This document shows, one piece after another, positions 51,683 to 61,052 of a stretch of 64,000 nucleotides of DNA. The position numbers and the translations under genes are program-made. This DNA comes from an uncultured Candidatus Saccharibacteria bacterium. Its GTDB lineage: Bacteria; Patescibacteriota; Minisyncoccia; Phycocordibacterales; UBA2100. Under the pieces are notes generated by a model that saw only the letters and a program-made list of their open reading frames with translations, did no database searches and was not told the origin of the DNA. The stretch lies in assembly GCA_964362175.1 (NCBI GenBank), contig CAYIDD010000001.1:64569-128568 (forward strand), read 5' to 3'. Positions within the stretch are counted from its first letter, which is position 1; each line of letters starts with the position of its first letter.

Positions 51683-53404
51683 TTAATTCGAGATCGTAAG
51701 AGTAACGTCGTCGATACGCGAGAGGCTCGGGCCGCGTTTGAGGGTGATCGTATATGAACCGCTTTGCGCATACGTGCGCGTGAAAGTCTTGAGCGCGGGC
51801 GTCTGAGCGCATGAGGACCCGCCGTCACTCTGCGTGACGTTGCTGCTTCCGTCTCCCCACGAGAGATTGTATCCGGTACACGAGGACGGGATATCGAACG
51901 ATACGGTGAATGTCAGAGGATCCGTGCCTGAGGACGTAATCGATGGCGGATTGTAGGAATAGGAACCGGACCCGGAACCCGTAGACGAACCCGATCCGAC
52001 GATGATGGTGACGGCGCCGACGATCGGCTGCGAGGCACCGGCACCTCCCTGATAGAGGGTTGCTCTGAAACCGCCGCTCTGCGTGTACGTGTGCGTAACG
52101 CTGTAGTTCAACCAACCGCCAACGCTCGCCGGCAAATTTACCGAGGCCAAGCTTCCGTCACCGAAATCCAAAGTCGATGCGCAGCCGCCCACGCAAAACC
52201 CTGCGTCATTGCTGTTCACGATGCCGGAAAACGTAACGTTGAGCGGCGCATTACCCGATGTTGGCGAAGCGGTGAACGATTCGCGCGGAAGATCGGGGGT
52301 GAATACGGGCGCGGGAGGACCTGAGACGGTGACCGTCGCGGTCGTCTCGTGTCCGCCGGCCGAGAGTTTTATCGTATACGTTCCTCCGTACTTATACGCG
52401 TGCGAATAATTCTGATTGATCTGCGTGCAATTTCCCGCGGAAACCGGTATCTGCTGAACCGGCGAACCGTCTCCGAAATCAAGTGTGTATGTCGCCGCGA
52501 GACACGATTTTGTCGTGTTGACGGTCGCGATGATGTTGACCGCCAGAGGCGCGTTACCGGATACGGGGGAAACCGTGATAAATCCACCGACTGGTACCGG
52601 CGCGCTCGGACCGGGAATGCCGCCATAACTACCCGTCGTGCACAAAAGTGCGATCGCTGCAGCAGTGCGCGGTCCGACGACACCGTATCCGGTCGACTCG
52701 GGGGTGCCGGAAGAAACGATATTATATTTCGCCTGCCAGCGCTGGACGGCGCGCTCGGTCAATGCGCCATAGTACCCGCTGATATTTGCTTCCGGATAAA
52801 TGGATGGGTCACGCGCAAGAAATTGCTGAAGGCGCGTTACGTCACTACCCGAAGCACCCTTCTTCAAAGTTCTTCCCACAAGCGGGCAAGAGCTCGAATC
52901 AGTGACCACCCCCGCTGCGGGCACATTTCCAGCTTGGGCAACGCCAAGCTGCGCCTGGAGTACCGCTATCTGATTCAAGAGTATTTGCGCCTGCGCCTGT
53001 ATCTGTGCCGGCGTCAATGCACCGGTGTTCACGTTGGTATTTGTAATTACAGATGAATTAACGGTGATCGTTCCCGCCTGACCCACTCCACCGATTCCTC
53101 CGTGGAAATTGCAGTGATACGCGTACGTCCCTGGCGCATTAAACATTGCGGCGAACGACTGGCCCGCCGCAACAGTACCGCTGTCAAAGCTTCCATTGTC
53201 TCCGATCGCCGTATGCGCTATTGAGCTCGTATTTATCCACCTGACCGTATCTCCGGGATTAATGACGACGTTTCTGGGAGAGAACGTGCTATCGGTCATC
53301 GTTATCGTTACTTCTGCCGCGAGACTTCTGCCTGGAAATATGAAAATGAGCGATGCAAACAGAATTAATAGTGCTGCATACGAAAAGCGGAGAGAGTATT
53401 GCAT
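51683..53404 (-). CDS. Secreted cupredoxin + PG-binding + three-PKD protein
   Basis: FSP....PGDTVRW.N...HT...YHCNFH; PG-binding domain; three FGDG/WGDG repeats. Confidence 0.82.
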   Translation of the reverse strand: MQYSLRFSYAALLILFASLIFIFPGRSLAAEVTITMTDSTFSPRNVVINPGDTVRWINTSSIAHTAIGDNGSFDSGTVAAGQSFAAMFNAPGTYAYHCNFHGGIGGVGQAGTITVNSSVITNTNVNTGALTPAQIQAQAQILLNQIAVLQAQLGVAQAGNVPAAGVVTDSSSCPLVGRTLKKGASGSDVTRLQQFLARDPSIYPEANISGYYGALTERAVQRWQAKYNIVSSGTPESTGYGVVGPRTAAAIALLCTTGSYGGIPGPSAPVPVGGFITVSPVSGNAPLAVNIIATVNTTKSCLAATYTLDFGDGSPVQQIPVSAGNCTQINQNYSHAYKYGGTYTIKLSAGGHETTATVTVSGPPAPVFTPDLPRESFTASPTSGNAPLNVTFSGIVNSNDAGFCVGGCASTLDFGDGSLASVNLPASVGGWLNYSVTHTYTQSGGFRATLYQGGAGASQPIVGAVTIIVGSGSSTGSGSGSYSYNPPSITSSGTDPLTFTVSFDIPSSCTGYNLSWGDGSSNVTQSDGGSSCAQTPALKTFTRTYAQSGSYTITLKRGPSLSRIDDVTLTISN

Positions 53405-53458
53405 ACCGCTATTGTCGCACGCTAGCAGAGTGCCGCAACCCAGCAATTCACATCGTTG

Positions 53459-53531
53459 TCCGCCCGCTTGGACTCGAACCAAGAACCCCAGAGGTATAAG
53501 CTCTGTGCTCTAACCATTGAGCTACGGGCGG
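53459..53531 (-). tRNA. tRNA-Ile(TAT)
   Basis: CCGCCCG/CGGGCGG, CAGAG-CTTATAC-CTCTG, GGTTCGAGTCC, A73. Confidence 0.9.
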
Positions 53532-53537
53532 ATGTGC

Positions 53538-54671
53538 CTAGCGTATCATTCTAGCGACAGCCGACGCAACACGCTTGTCGAACATGTCGGGGACGATTTT
53601 GTTGGCTGTCGGTTTTTTGACCAACGCTGCTATCGCCTTCGCGGCTTTAACTTTCATTTCATCGGTGATCTTTCGCACCCTGTTATCAAGCGCGCCGCGG
53701 AAAATGCCGGGGAATGCAAGAGAATTATTTATCTGGTTCGGGAAATCCGAGCGACCAGTGCCAATGACGAGCGCTCCCCCACGCCTCGCTTCGTCTGGCA
53801 TTATTTCGGGTGTCGGATTTGCCATTGCAAGCACGATGGCTTTCTTCGCCATAAGCCGGACATCATCGGCTTTCACGAGATTCGGGCCGGAAACTCCCAG
53901 CAGAACATCCGCGTTCCTGAGGGCGTCCTGCAAATTTCCCGTAATTCCCTCTGAGTTAAATGTCGCAAGCTCTTTCTTGTGCGCTTCCGGCCGTGAGGCT
54001 TCAATGATGCCTTTGCTGTCGAGCACAACAATATTCTTTGCCCCCGCCGCATGCAAAAGCCGCGCGGTCGCCGCTCCCGCGGCTCCCGCACCCAAAATAA
54101 CAATGCGGGCAGAAGCCATTTTTTTACCGACAACCTTGAAGGCATTCATGAGCGCCGCGAGAACCACCACTGCGGTTCCGTGCTGGTCATCGTGCATGAC
54201 AGGTATATCGAGCGCTTCGATGACGCGGCGTTCTATCTCAAAACACTTGGGCGCCGCGATGTCTTCAAGATTGATGCCGCCGAACGCGGGCGCGACCCGT
54301 ATCACCGTGTCAACGATCTCATTTACATCCTGCGTATCGAGCACAAGCGGTATCGCATCCACTCCGGCAAATGTTTTGAAAAGCGCGCACTTCCCTTCCA
54401 TGACCGGCAACGCACCGAGTGCCCCGATATTGCCGAGCCCCAATACCGCCGAACCATCGGAAATGACGGCGACCGTGCGGCCCTTTATCGTGTAGTCGCG
54501 CGCTTCTTTCGGATTTTTTGCGACATGGCTCGATACCGCCGCCACGCCCGGTGTATAAACGAGCGAGAGGTCGGCCCGGTTGCGCACGGGCGCCGCAGGT
54601 ATAATCCGAATTTTGCCACCGAGTTTTTTGTGGAGTGCTAGGGCCTTTTTAGCGACGTCGGTCTTCTTCAT
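53538..54671 (-). CDS. NAD(P)-dependent malic enzyme
   Basis: YTPGVA, DGSAVLGLG, MEGK, LEDI, HDDQHGT, GAGAAG, ANP.PEI, NQINN. Confidence 0.95.
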   Translation of the reverse strand: MKKTDVAKKALALHKKLGGKIRIIPAAPVRNRADLSLVYTPGVAAVSSHVAKNPKEARDYTIKGRTVAVISDGSAVLGLGNIGALGALPVMEGKCALFKTFAGVDAIPLVLDTQDVNEIVDTVIRVAPAFGGINLEDIAAPKCFEIERRVIEALDIPVMHDDQHGTAVVVLAALMNAFKVVGKKMASARIVILGAGAAGAATARLLHAAGAKNIVVLDSKGIIEASRPEAHKKELATFNSEGITGNLQDALRNADVLLGVSGPNLVKADDVRLMAKKAIVLAMANPTPEIMPDEARRGGALVIGTGRSDFPNQINNSLAFPGIFRGALDNRVRKITDEMKVKAAKAIAALVKKPTANKIVPDMFDKRVASAVARMIR

Positions 54672-54752
54672 GAGCGGCAGTATATCTCTTTTCTCAAAAC
54701 AGGGAACCCCGGCCGTTATCTACTTAAGTCAAAGTAGCTACGTACACAGGGT

Positions 54753-55331
54753 TCAGAAGAAGAACGGCGGGAGCCTCCAGGTGCGACCTTTGTAGTCGCG
54801 ATACGCCTGCCCATATGTTGCTTCTAGATGGATTTCTTCCGCACAGGCGACCCTATGCGTGAAGTCGAGCAAATACGGCAGGAGTACCAATAGATAGCTC
54901 GCGAGGCAAAGCTCGGTTGCCAGAAACCCGAGTAACACGCCGAGGTAGTATGGGTGCCGGATAAAGCGGTACGGCCCCGAAGTGGCGAGCTCGTGGCTTG
55001 GTACAAGCGCGGGCGATGTCGCCGGGCTTGCCCAGGTCTTACTCCTTACCTCCATTACGCGCGGCCAAGTCATGAGTGCGCAGGAAATGAGCGCGAGAAC
55101 GAGACCACACATCCGTACCGCCGTGTTGTACGGCTCCGGTAGATTCATCGGCAAGTCGAAGCCGAATACCTGAGCCAATGCACATGCAAAGCCCAGATAT
55201 ATCGAGTTCGAGCTCCCCCTGCCGTCGGTTCGTCTACGCCGCGTACTCCTTCGAACGTCGAAGAGTACGCGGATGGCGAGCGTCAGAATAACGAAGACGC
55301 CCAGCGAAATCTGATAGTAGATGTTCGCCAT
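54753..55331 (-). CDS. Isoprenylcysteine carboxyl methyltransferase/PEMT family membrane protein
   Basis: L.T.GPY.FIRHP.Y, EE..L...YG..Y..Y. Confidence 0.85.
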   Translation of the reverse strand: MANIYYQISLGVFVILTLAIRVLFDVRRSTRRRRTDGRGSSNSIYLGFACALAQVFGFDLPMNLPEPYNTAVRMCGLVLALISCALMTWPRVMEVRSKTWASPATSPALVPSHELATSGPYRFIRHPYYLGVLLGFLATELCLASYLLVLLPYLLDFTHRVACAEEIHLEATYGQAYRDYKGRTWRLPPFFF

Positions 55332-55385
55332 CTGCTATACTCCTGGTTGAAGTGAAAGAGCGGACGGAAACAATATACTTTCCCT

Positions 55386-56462
55386 ATGCCTCAGTCAATC
55401 ACCATTAAAAAACCTTTTGATGCACATATTCACCTGCGCCGGGGGGCGATGTTGCGGGCGGTGACGCCCTACACGACGGAAAGGTTTTACAGTGGCATCG
55501 TGATGCCGAACACCGATCCGCCCATTGAGACTCTGGAACAAGCAGCGGAATACAAAAAAGAAATCCTTGCGGCAGTGCCTGCGGGGGCTACGTTCGAGCC
55601 GTTGATGACCTTCTATCTCACAAAGAACCTGAAACCAGCGGAGATAGAAAAGGCAGCCAAAGACGGTTCAATACGAGGCGTCAAATATTATCCGTGGGGA
55701 TATTCGATAAATTCCCAGTGGGGGCCGAGAAATGTCGTTGATGCCGTGGAGGTGTTGCATGCGATGGAGAATGCGGGAATACCACTACTCCTTCACAGCG
55801 AGGTTCACCTGAACGATCATAATGAAGAAGAGGACCCGTACGAGGGCGAGAAGATCTTTTTCCGCGACATCCTCCCGAAGCTTCTGGAAACGTACCCCGA
55901 GCTCAAAATTTCGCTTGAGCACGTGAGCACACGCGAAGCGGCCGCATTCATCGAGAAAAACGGAAAAGCGGGGCAGCTTGTCGCCACCATTACGCCGCAT
56001 CACCTCGTCTACGATCGCACGCACGCATTTTCCGGCGGCTACCGAACGCTTTTGAACTGCAAGCCGCTCATCAAAATGCGCGAGGATCGCGAGGCTCTGC
56101 GCGCGCTGGTAAAAAAAGGGTTGCCGTTCGTGCATGCCGGCACAGATACCGCGCCACACCCCGAATCCAGAAAATTCTCCTCATGCGCGGTATATGGCGC
56201 GTTCAATGCACCTGTCGCTGTCGAGCTGTACACGCAGGTTTTTGATGAAATAGGCGCCTTGGACAAGCTCGAAGATTTCCTTTCGATGAACGGTCCGAAA
56301 TTCTTTGGCGTCGAGCCGAGCACGGCGTCAATGACACTCGTAAAAAGGGACTGGCAGGTTACCGAGTCCGTGGTGACCGACGAAGGCGTGAACGTCTGGC
56401 CCATCGGTCACGTGCAGCACGGCCTCGGCAACGAGATCATTCGCTGGCAGATCGCGGCTTAA
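55386..56462 (+). CDS. pyrC: Dihydroorotase-like protein (homodimeric type II), divergent
   Basis: D.HIHLR, MPN, K.YP, LH.E, EH, ITPHHL, GTD.APH. Confidence 0.82.
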   Translation: MPQSITIKKPFDAHIHLRRGAMLRAVTPYTTERFYSGIVMPNTDPPIETLEQAAEYKKEILAAVPAGATFEPLMTFYLTKNLKPAEIEKAAKDGSIRGVKYYPWGYSINSQWGPRNVVDAVEVLHAMENAGIPLLLHSEVHLNDHNEEEDPYEGEKIFFRDILPKLLETYPELKISLEHVSTREAAAFIEKNGKAGQLVATITPHHLVYDRTHAFSGGYRTLLNCKPLIKMREDREALRALVKKGLPFVHAGTDTAPHPESRKFSSCAVYGAFNAPVAVELYTQVFDEIGALDKLEDFLSMNGPKFFGVEPSTASMTLVKRDWQVTESVVTDEGVNVWPIGHVQHGLGNEIIRWQIAA

Positions 56463-56734
56463 TTCCACCAGGAATCCCCTTCCGAACTCTTGAACCCAAT
56501 GTCGATGGCACGCTGATTGGCCACCGCTTTTAATTCTCCAACTGCCGAAACATTCGACTGCAGATCGGATTGCATAATGTCGCGCCTAACGACTTCGAGC
56601 GCACCGAGCGTCCGCGCCGCCTGAAATCTGGTCTTGAAATTTTTTATGTGGATCTCCTGCACCTTCGAATACGTGCCCTTGCGAGCGCTCGAGAGAAATT
56701 CGTTGGAAGGCTCGGGAAGCCTTGGGTCCGGCAT
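56459..56734 (-). CDS. Hypothetical protein
   Basis: 91-aa ORF; TATACT 6 nt before ATG. Confidence 0.55.
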   Translation of the reverse strand: MPDPRLPEPSNEFLSSARKGTYSKVQEIHIKNFKTRFQAARTLGALEVVRRDIMQSDLQSNVSAVGELKAVANQRAIDIGFKSSEGDSWWN

Positions 56735-56750
56735 TTCGTAAGTATACCCC

Positions 56751-58682
56751 CTACACCAACGGCTGGTGTTCTATGTCTTCCTTTCTCTTCGGTGTGATGC
56801 CGTGCGCGATCAGGATCTTCTCGAAATCTTCGCGTTCGATGGTCTCCACTTCGATGAGGTGTCCCGCAATTGCATCCAGTGCCTCGCGGTGTTTCGTGAT
56901 AATGCTTTCGGCCTTTTTGTACGAACCGGAAATTATCTTTTTCACCTCGGCGTCAATGGTGGCGGCAGCCTCTTGTGATTGGTCTCCACCTTCCACGCCA
57001 CTCCCGAACATCGTTCTGCCCTGTCCCGCGTCAAATGCCATCGGCCCCACTTTGTCGGACATGCCATAGCGCGTCACCATGTCACGCGCAAGGGCGCTCA
57101 ATACTTGCAGATCATTGGAAGCACCGGTCGTGATATCGCCAAACACCGTTTTCTCCGCAATATAGCCTCCGAGCGCAACAGAAATATCATCGAGAAATTC
57201 CTTGCGCGATTGCATCTTACGATCTTCGAGCGGCAGCTTCAGCGTGTATCCCGCGGCACGGCCACGCGAAATGATGGATATCTTATGCACAGGGTCCGCA
57301 TACGGCAACACCGATGCGATGAGTGCATGCCCCGCCTCGTGGTATGCGGTGATCTCTTTTTCTTTCTTATTCAACACATGACTCTTGCGCTCAGGCCCGA
57401 GCATCACTTTCTCTATCGAGCGAATGAGGTCGTACTGCGTGATCTCGGTCCGATCTTCACGTGCCGCAAGGATCGCGCCCTCGTTCATGAGACTGGCCAG
57501 ATCGGCTCCGGAGAAACCCGGCGTGCGCTCGGCGATCACGGTGAGCTTTACGTCGGCACCAAGCGGCTTGGAGCGCGCATGCACACGCAATATCTCTTCG
57601 CGATCTTTGCGATCGGGGAGGTCGATCGTGACGCGTCTGTCGAAGCGGCCGGGGCGCAAGAGCGCAGGATCCAGAACGTCCGGTCTGTTGGACGCCGCCA
57701 TCACGATAACCTTTTCATTCGGTTCGAATCCGTCCATCTCCACCAGTATCTGATTGAGCGTTTGCTCGCGCTCGTCGTTGCCACCGCCGACACCCGTGCC
57801 GCGCACGCGCCCCACCGCATCGATCTCATCAACGAAAATAATGGACGGCGCAGCTTTCTTCGCGGTCTGGAAAAGATCGCGCACGCGCGATGCGCCAACG
57901 CCGACGAACATTTCGACGAACTCGGAGCCGGAAATGGAGAAGAACGGCACACCCGCCTCACCCGCAACAGCGCGCGCAAGTAGCGTCTTTCCCGTACCCG
58001 GCGCGCCCATGAGCAATACGCCCTTCGGGATGCGCGCTCCTATTTGGATGAACTTTTTGGGATTCTTCAGGAAATCGACGATCTCAAGGAGCTCGCTCTT
58101 TGCCTCTTTTGCGCCTGCGACATCCGCGAACGTGACTTTTTGCACTTCATCTTCCGGATTCACGAGACGCGCCATGGAACGCCCGAAGGTGAATGCCTGC
58201 ATACCGGCTCCCCGCATCTGCCGCGAGAGATACCAAATGACGCCAAACAGGAAGAGGACCGGAACGATGATGGGTAGGAGCGTGAGCGCCCAAAAGCGCA
58301 ATCCGCCCTCGTCTTTTATCTCAATTTTGACTGCGGCCAACTTTGCGGGGTCAATGGAATAATCCGAAAGCGTCTCCACGAGCGAGTTCTCGCTCTCTTT
58401 GCGCGAAGTCTTCTTGCTTTCATCGGCGTAGACGGCGGTGATCTTGTCGCCCGCGACCTCTATAGAAGTGATAGTGCCTGCGGTGATGTCGGCTGCGATC
58501 TGCGAGAGGGCGATCTCTTCGCTTTCAGTGGAAATATATTGCCGTGCGTACGAATAACCAACTGACAACACGAGGAACACCGCGAACGCCGCTGCGAGTT
58601 GTGCCCAAAGCGACGGGCCGCCCGGGACGGGCTTCTCGCCTTCCCCTCCCTTCTTGCGCGGATTCTCTACGTTCTTTGCCAT
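56751..58682 (-). CDS. ftsH: ATP-dependent zinc metalloprotease FtsH
   Basis: Two TMs, [24 protein letters not shown]. Confidence 0.97.
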   Translation of the reverse strand: MAKNVENPRKKGGEGEKPVPGGPSLWAQLAAAFAVFLVLSVGYSYARQYISTESEEIALSQIAADITAGTITSIEVAGDKITAVYADESKKTSRKESENSLVETLSDYSIDPAKLAAVKIEIKDEGGLRFWALTLLPIIVPVLFLFGVIWYLSRQMRGAGMQAFTFGRSMARLVNPEDEVQKVTFADVAGAKEAKSELLEIVDFLKNPKKFIQIGARIPKGVLLMGAPGTGKTLLARAVAGEAGVPFFSISGSEFVEMFVGVGASRVRDLFQTAKKAAPSIIFVDEIDAVGRVRGTGVGGGNDEREQTLNQILVEMDGFEPNEKVIVMAASNRPDVLDPALLRPGRFDRRVTIDLPDRKDREEILRVHARSKPLGADVKLTVIAERTPGFSGADLASLMNEGAILAAREDRTEITQYDLIRSIEKVMLGPERKSHVLNKKEKEITAYHEAGHALIASVLPYADPVHKISIISRGRAAGYTLKLPLEDRKMQSRKEFLDDISVALGGYIAEKTVFGDITTGASNDLQVLSALARDMVTRYGMSDKVGPMAFDAGQGRTMFGSGVEGGDQSQEAAATIDAEVKKIISGSYKKAESIITKHREALDAIAGHLIEVETIEREDFEKILIAHGITPKRKEDIEHQPLV

Positions 58683-58746
58683 AAAGGCGCATTATACATA
58701 CTGAAGGGGTGAATGAAAGAACACGACCGCGGTGTATAGTGTTCGT

Positions 58747-59190
58747 ATGACCGTCGTTGAAAATAAACGTGTTGGGTTCGACTACACCATCCTTGAGGAG
58801 ATCGAGGCGGGTTTGGAGCTGCTCGGGCTTGAAGTGAAGTCCTTGCGCGCGGGCCACGGCTCGCTCAAAGGCGCACGGGTGGTCGCGCGTGGCGGTGAAG
58901 CCTACCTCGTCGGCGCATCCATCCCTGCGTGGCAAGTGTTGAACGCACCCAAGTCTTACGACCCCGAACGCACGCGCCGTCTCCTCCTTTCGCGCAGAGA
59001 AATCGCCCGCGTGGCCTCGGCCGAGGGCGAAAAGGGGTTGACAATAGTGCCACTTAAGGTGTATAATCGCGGACGAAACCTGAAGCTGCGTATCGCCATC
59101 GCCCGCGGTAAGAAAAAAGAGGATAAGCGTCAAACCATACGGGCGCGAGAAGAGAAACGGCGGATTGAGAGAACTTTGAAAACTAAATAA
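58747..59190 (+). CDS. smpB: SsrA-binding protein
   Basis: EAG..L.G.EVKSLR, R.R.LLL, GKK..DKR. Confidence 0.96.
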   Translation: MTVVENKRVGFDYTILEEIEAGLELLGLEVKSLRAGHGSLKGARVVARGGEAYLVGASIPAWQVLNAPKSYDPERTRRLLLSRREIARVASAEGEKGLTIVPLKVYNRGRNLKLRIAIARGKKKEDKRQTIRAREEKRRIERTLKTK

Positions 59191-59410
59191 TTGAGTGTCG
59201 GAATGTGGCCCAACAAAAGGAGGACGCCACGATGTCCCGATTGAAAATGAATCTGCTCGACAGTATCATTTTGCGCACGACCCACGCACTGATGGCACTT
59301 TCTGTTTACGGTGCATATTACATTGGCACCTTGCAGGGCTAGCTTTTGCACTAGCCCGGACAACTGCGGAATCGCGTTCGCGCGATTCCGCCCACATTCC
59401 GACATTCAAT
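59190..59410. repeat. Element bounded by 19-bp inverted repeats
   Basis: attgagtgtcggaatgtgg 59190-59208 and ccacattccgacattcaat 59392-59410, one G-T mismatch. Confidence 0.8.
59232..59342 (+). CDS. Putative 36-aa peptide
   Basis: AAGGAGG 8 nt before ATG; MSRLKMNLLDSIILRTTHALMALSVYGAYYIGTLQG*. Confidence 0.5.
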   Translation: MSRLKMNLLDSIILRTTHALMALSVYGAYYIGTLQG

Positions 59411-59454
59411 CGCCAGTCGATCGCCACCTCTGATCCTTTTTAGGATCGGAGGTG

Positions 59455-59844
59455 GGGGGTGACTGGCTTCGACAGGAAATTCAATGTGCCTGTGTGCGAT
59501 GCGGAAGTGAATGTCCTTCCCTAAAAACATTCAAATCTAAGTGCAAATAAAACTGCACGGGGGGTTCTTTCTCCGATTCAGGCGAAAGACCTCGGCCTCG
59601 TTTTCGCTTAAACGCCTAAACGACCGTTCGTCCGGCTGACATCCGATACGCCGATGCGAACGTCATACATTTCGGGTCCGGCCCTCACTTCACTCCGAGT
59701 CAAGGTCTAAAGAAAGAGAGTTCGACGTTGGACTATGTTGTGTATTCTTGAGGTCCGATGTCTAAACAAAATTGAATGCTCTACGCATCGTAGAATCGCT
59801 TTCACATCATTTTCTGGACTCGGGATCGTTCCCCGACACCTCCA
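59455..59844 (+). ncRNA. ssrA: tmRNA
   Basis: 5' GGGGGTGACTGGCTTCGAC; 3' GGACTCGGG-ATCGTTC-CCCGACACCTCCA with G3-U70; tag ORF 59543-59611 ANKTARGVLSPIQAKDLGLVFA*; downstream of smpB. Confidence 0.92.
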
Positions 59845-59850
59845 CAAAAT

Positions 59851-59887
59851 AAAGAAAAACCGCCGGATAGCCGGCGGTTTTTCTTTT
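59851..59887. terminator. Bidirectional intrinsic terminator
   Basis: aaagaaaaaccgccgg-atag-ccggcggtttttctttt. Confidence 0.85.
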
Positions 59888-59906
59888 ACTTACCCTTCGA
59901 CGCTCC

Positions 59907-60542
59907 TTAGTTCGTCGTTCGGAAAGTAGCCGGCCACGTAACCTGTACGTTGCCTGACCCATCCCTTGTGTAGATCACGTAGTAATACGTGGTATTCGGC
60001 TGAAGACCTGCAATACTCACGCTCTGTGAAGTACGGAGTAGTGTGTCGGTCATAGCAACGCTTCCAGAAATCGTTACATCAGTCATACCTTCAATCATTG
60101 AAGGATACGACGTACTGTAGTAGACGATACCTGCAGCCTGCTCACTCGTGTTCCATCGAATAGAAGCAGAGTTTATCCCTGGAGCCTGGGTTACGCCCCA
60201 GATAATCGGTGCATTAACATCTCCACCGAGATTACCTCCCATCTGCGCGTTGATCGCGACAAGAGTGACTGGTCCAACACGGCCAACAGTTGCGATGCCA
60301 TTGCGTGCTTGGAAATTCGAGACGGCTGACTTTGTCAGTGAACCGAAATATCCAGTCACGAGACCTTGTGGGTAAATCGTGCGATCCTTCGCAAGGAATG
60401 TCTGGAGCGATGATACATCCGCGCCTGAATTCCCTTCTTCTAATTGTCGGTAGAGCGTGTCGGCGTTGGCAACACCGACGAAGGCGAAAATCGCGACTGC
60501 GACTGCCGCAGAGAGAACGAGAAAAGATTTTGTTGTTGTCAT
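59907..60542 (-). CDS. Secreted PG-binding + FN3-like protein
   Basis: G.DV..LQ.FL...TGYFG.LT..AV..FQ..G.VGP.T; W.T, L.PNTTYYY. Confidence 0.85.
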   Translation of the reverse strand: MTTTKSFLVLSAAVAVAIFAFVGVANADTLYRQLEEGNSGADVSSLQTFLAKDRTIYPQGLVTGYFGSLTKSAVSNFQARNGIATVGRVGPVTLVAINAQMGGNLGGDVNAPIIWGVTQAPGINSASIRWNTSEQAAGIVYYSTSYPSMIEGMTDVTISGSVAMTDTLLRTSQSVSIAGLQPNTTYYYVIYTRDGSGNVQVTWPATFRTTN

Positions 60543-60923
60543 AATTTTGTTATTGAGGAGAATAATAGACGATTGTCACTTCATGTACTGTCCGACCAAC
60601 AAAGCGTCTCCGCATAAATTGGCCGGGGAGTGAGACCCTTAATAGCAGCGCGTTAGGCTGTTGTACTCTTCGGATCGAGTGATCCTCGGAAGCAAATCTA
60701 TTTTCCTAAGCGCGCCAACTAGAAGCTTTTCCACTGCAATTTTTACTACAGTCGACTCTTGGATATGAACGAGTCTAAATATGCGCTCTGATGAGATACT
60801 TGCGACCTGTTCATAGTATGCTTTTCTTGACAGAAAGCAAGGCATGTTGCGTTATGACACACTAATGGAAATAACCCTAATTCTGATTTCAAAAGACCCG
60901 CGACAATAGAGTTTTCCAAATGT

Positions 60924-60946
60924 CCCGACTATCTCCACAAAAATAA
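60924..60946 (+). repeat. Degenerate duplicate of the tmRNA 3' end (att-like)
   Basis: cccgactatctccacaaaaataa versus cccgacacctccacaaaataa at 59832-59852. Confidence 0.55.
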
Positions 60947-61052
60947 GGAACGTAGTGACTATATTTTTGTAGGATGCCGTGCGCAGACACGGCGCCACAA
61001 ATCAACAACGGGCGCCGTAAGGCGCTTTTCGTTTACGTCGCAGAGATATATA

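Noticed and set aside
59195-59443. 82-aa ORF in the ORF track across the smpB-ssrA spacer
   Set aside because: GTG start without an SD, and it runs through inverted repeats; the SD-led 36-aa ORF is better supported.
60788-60850. CTGATGAG...GAAA resembling a hammerhead ribozyme core
   Set aside because: No stem II closing pair adjacent to GAAA and no convincing stems I/III.
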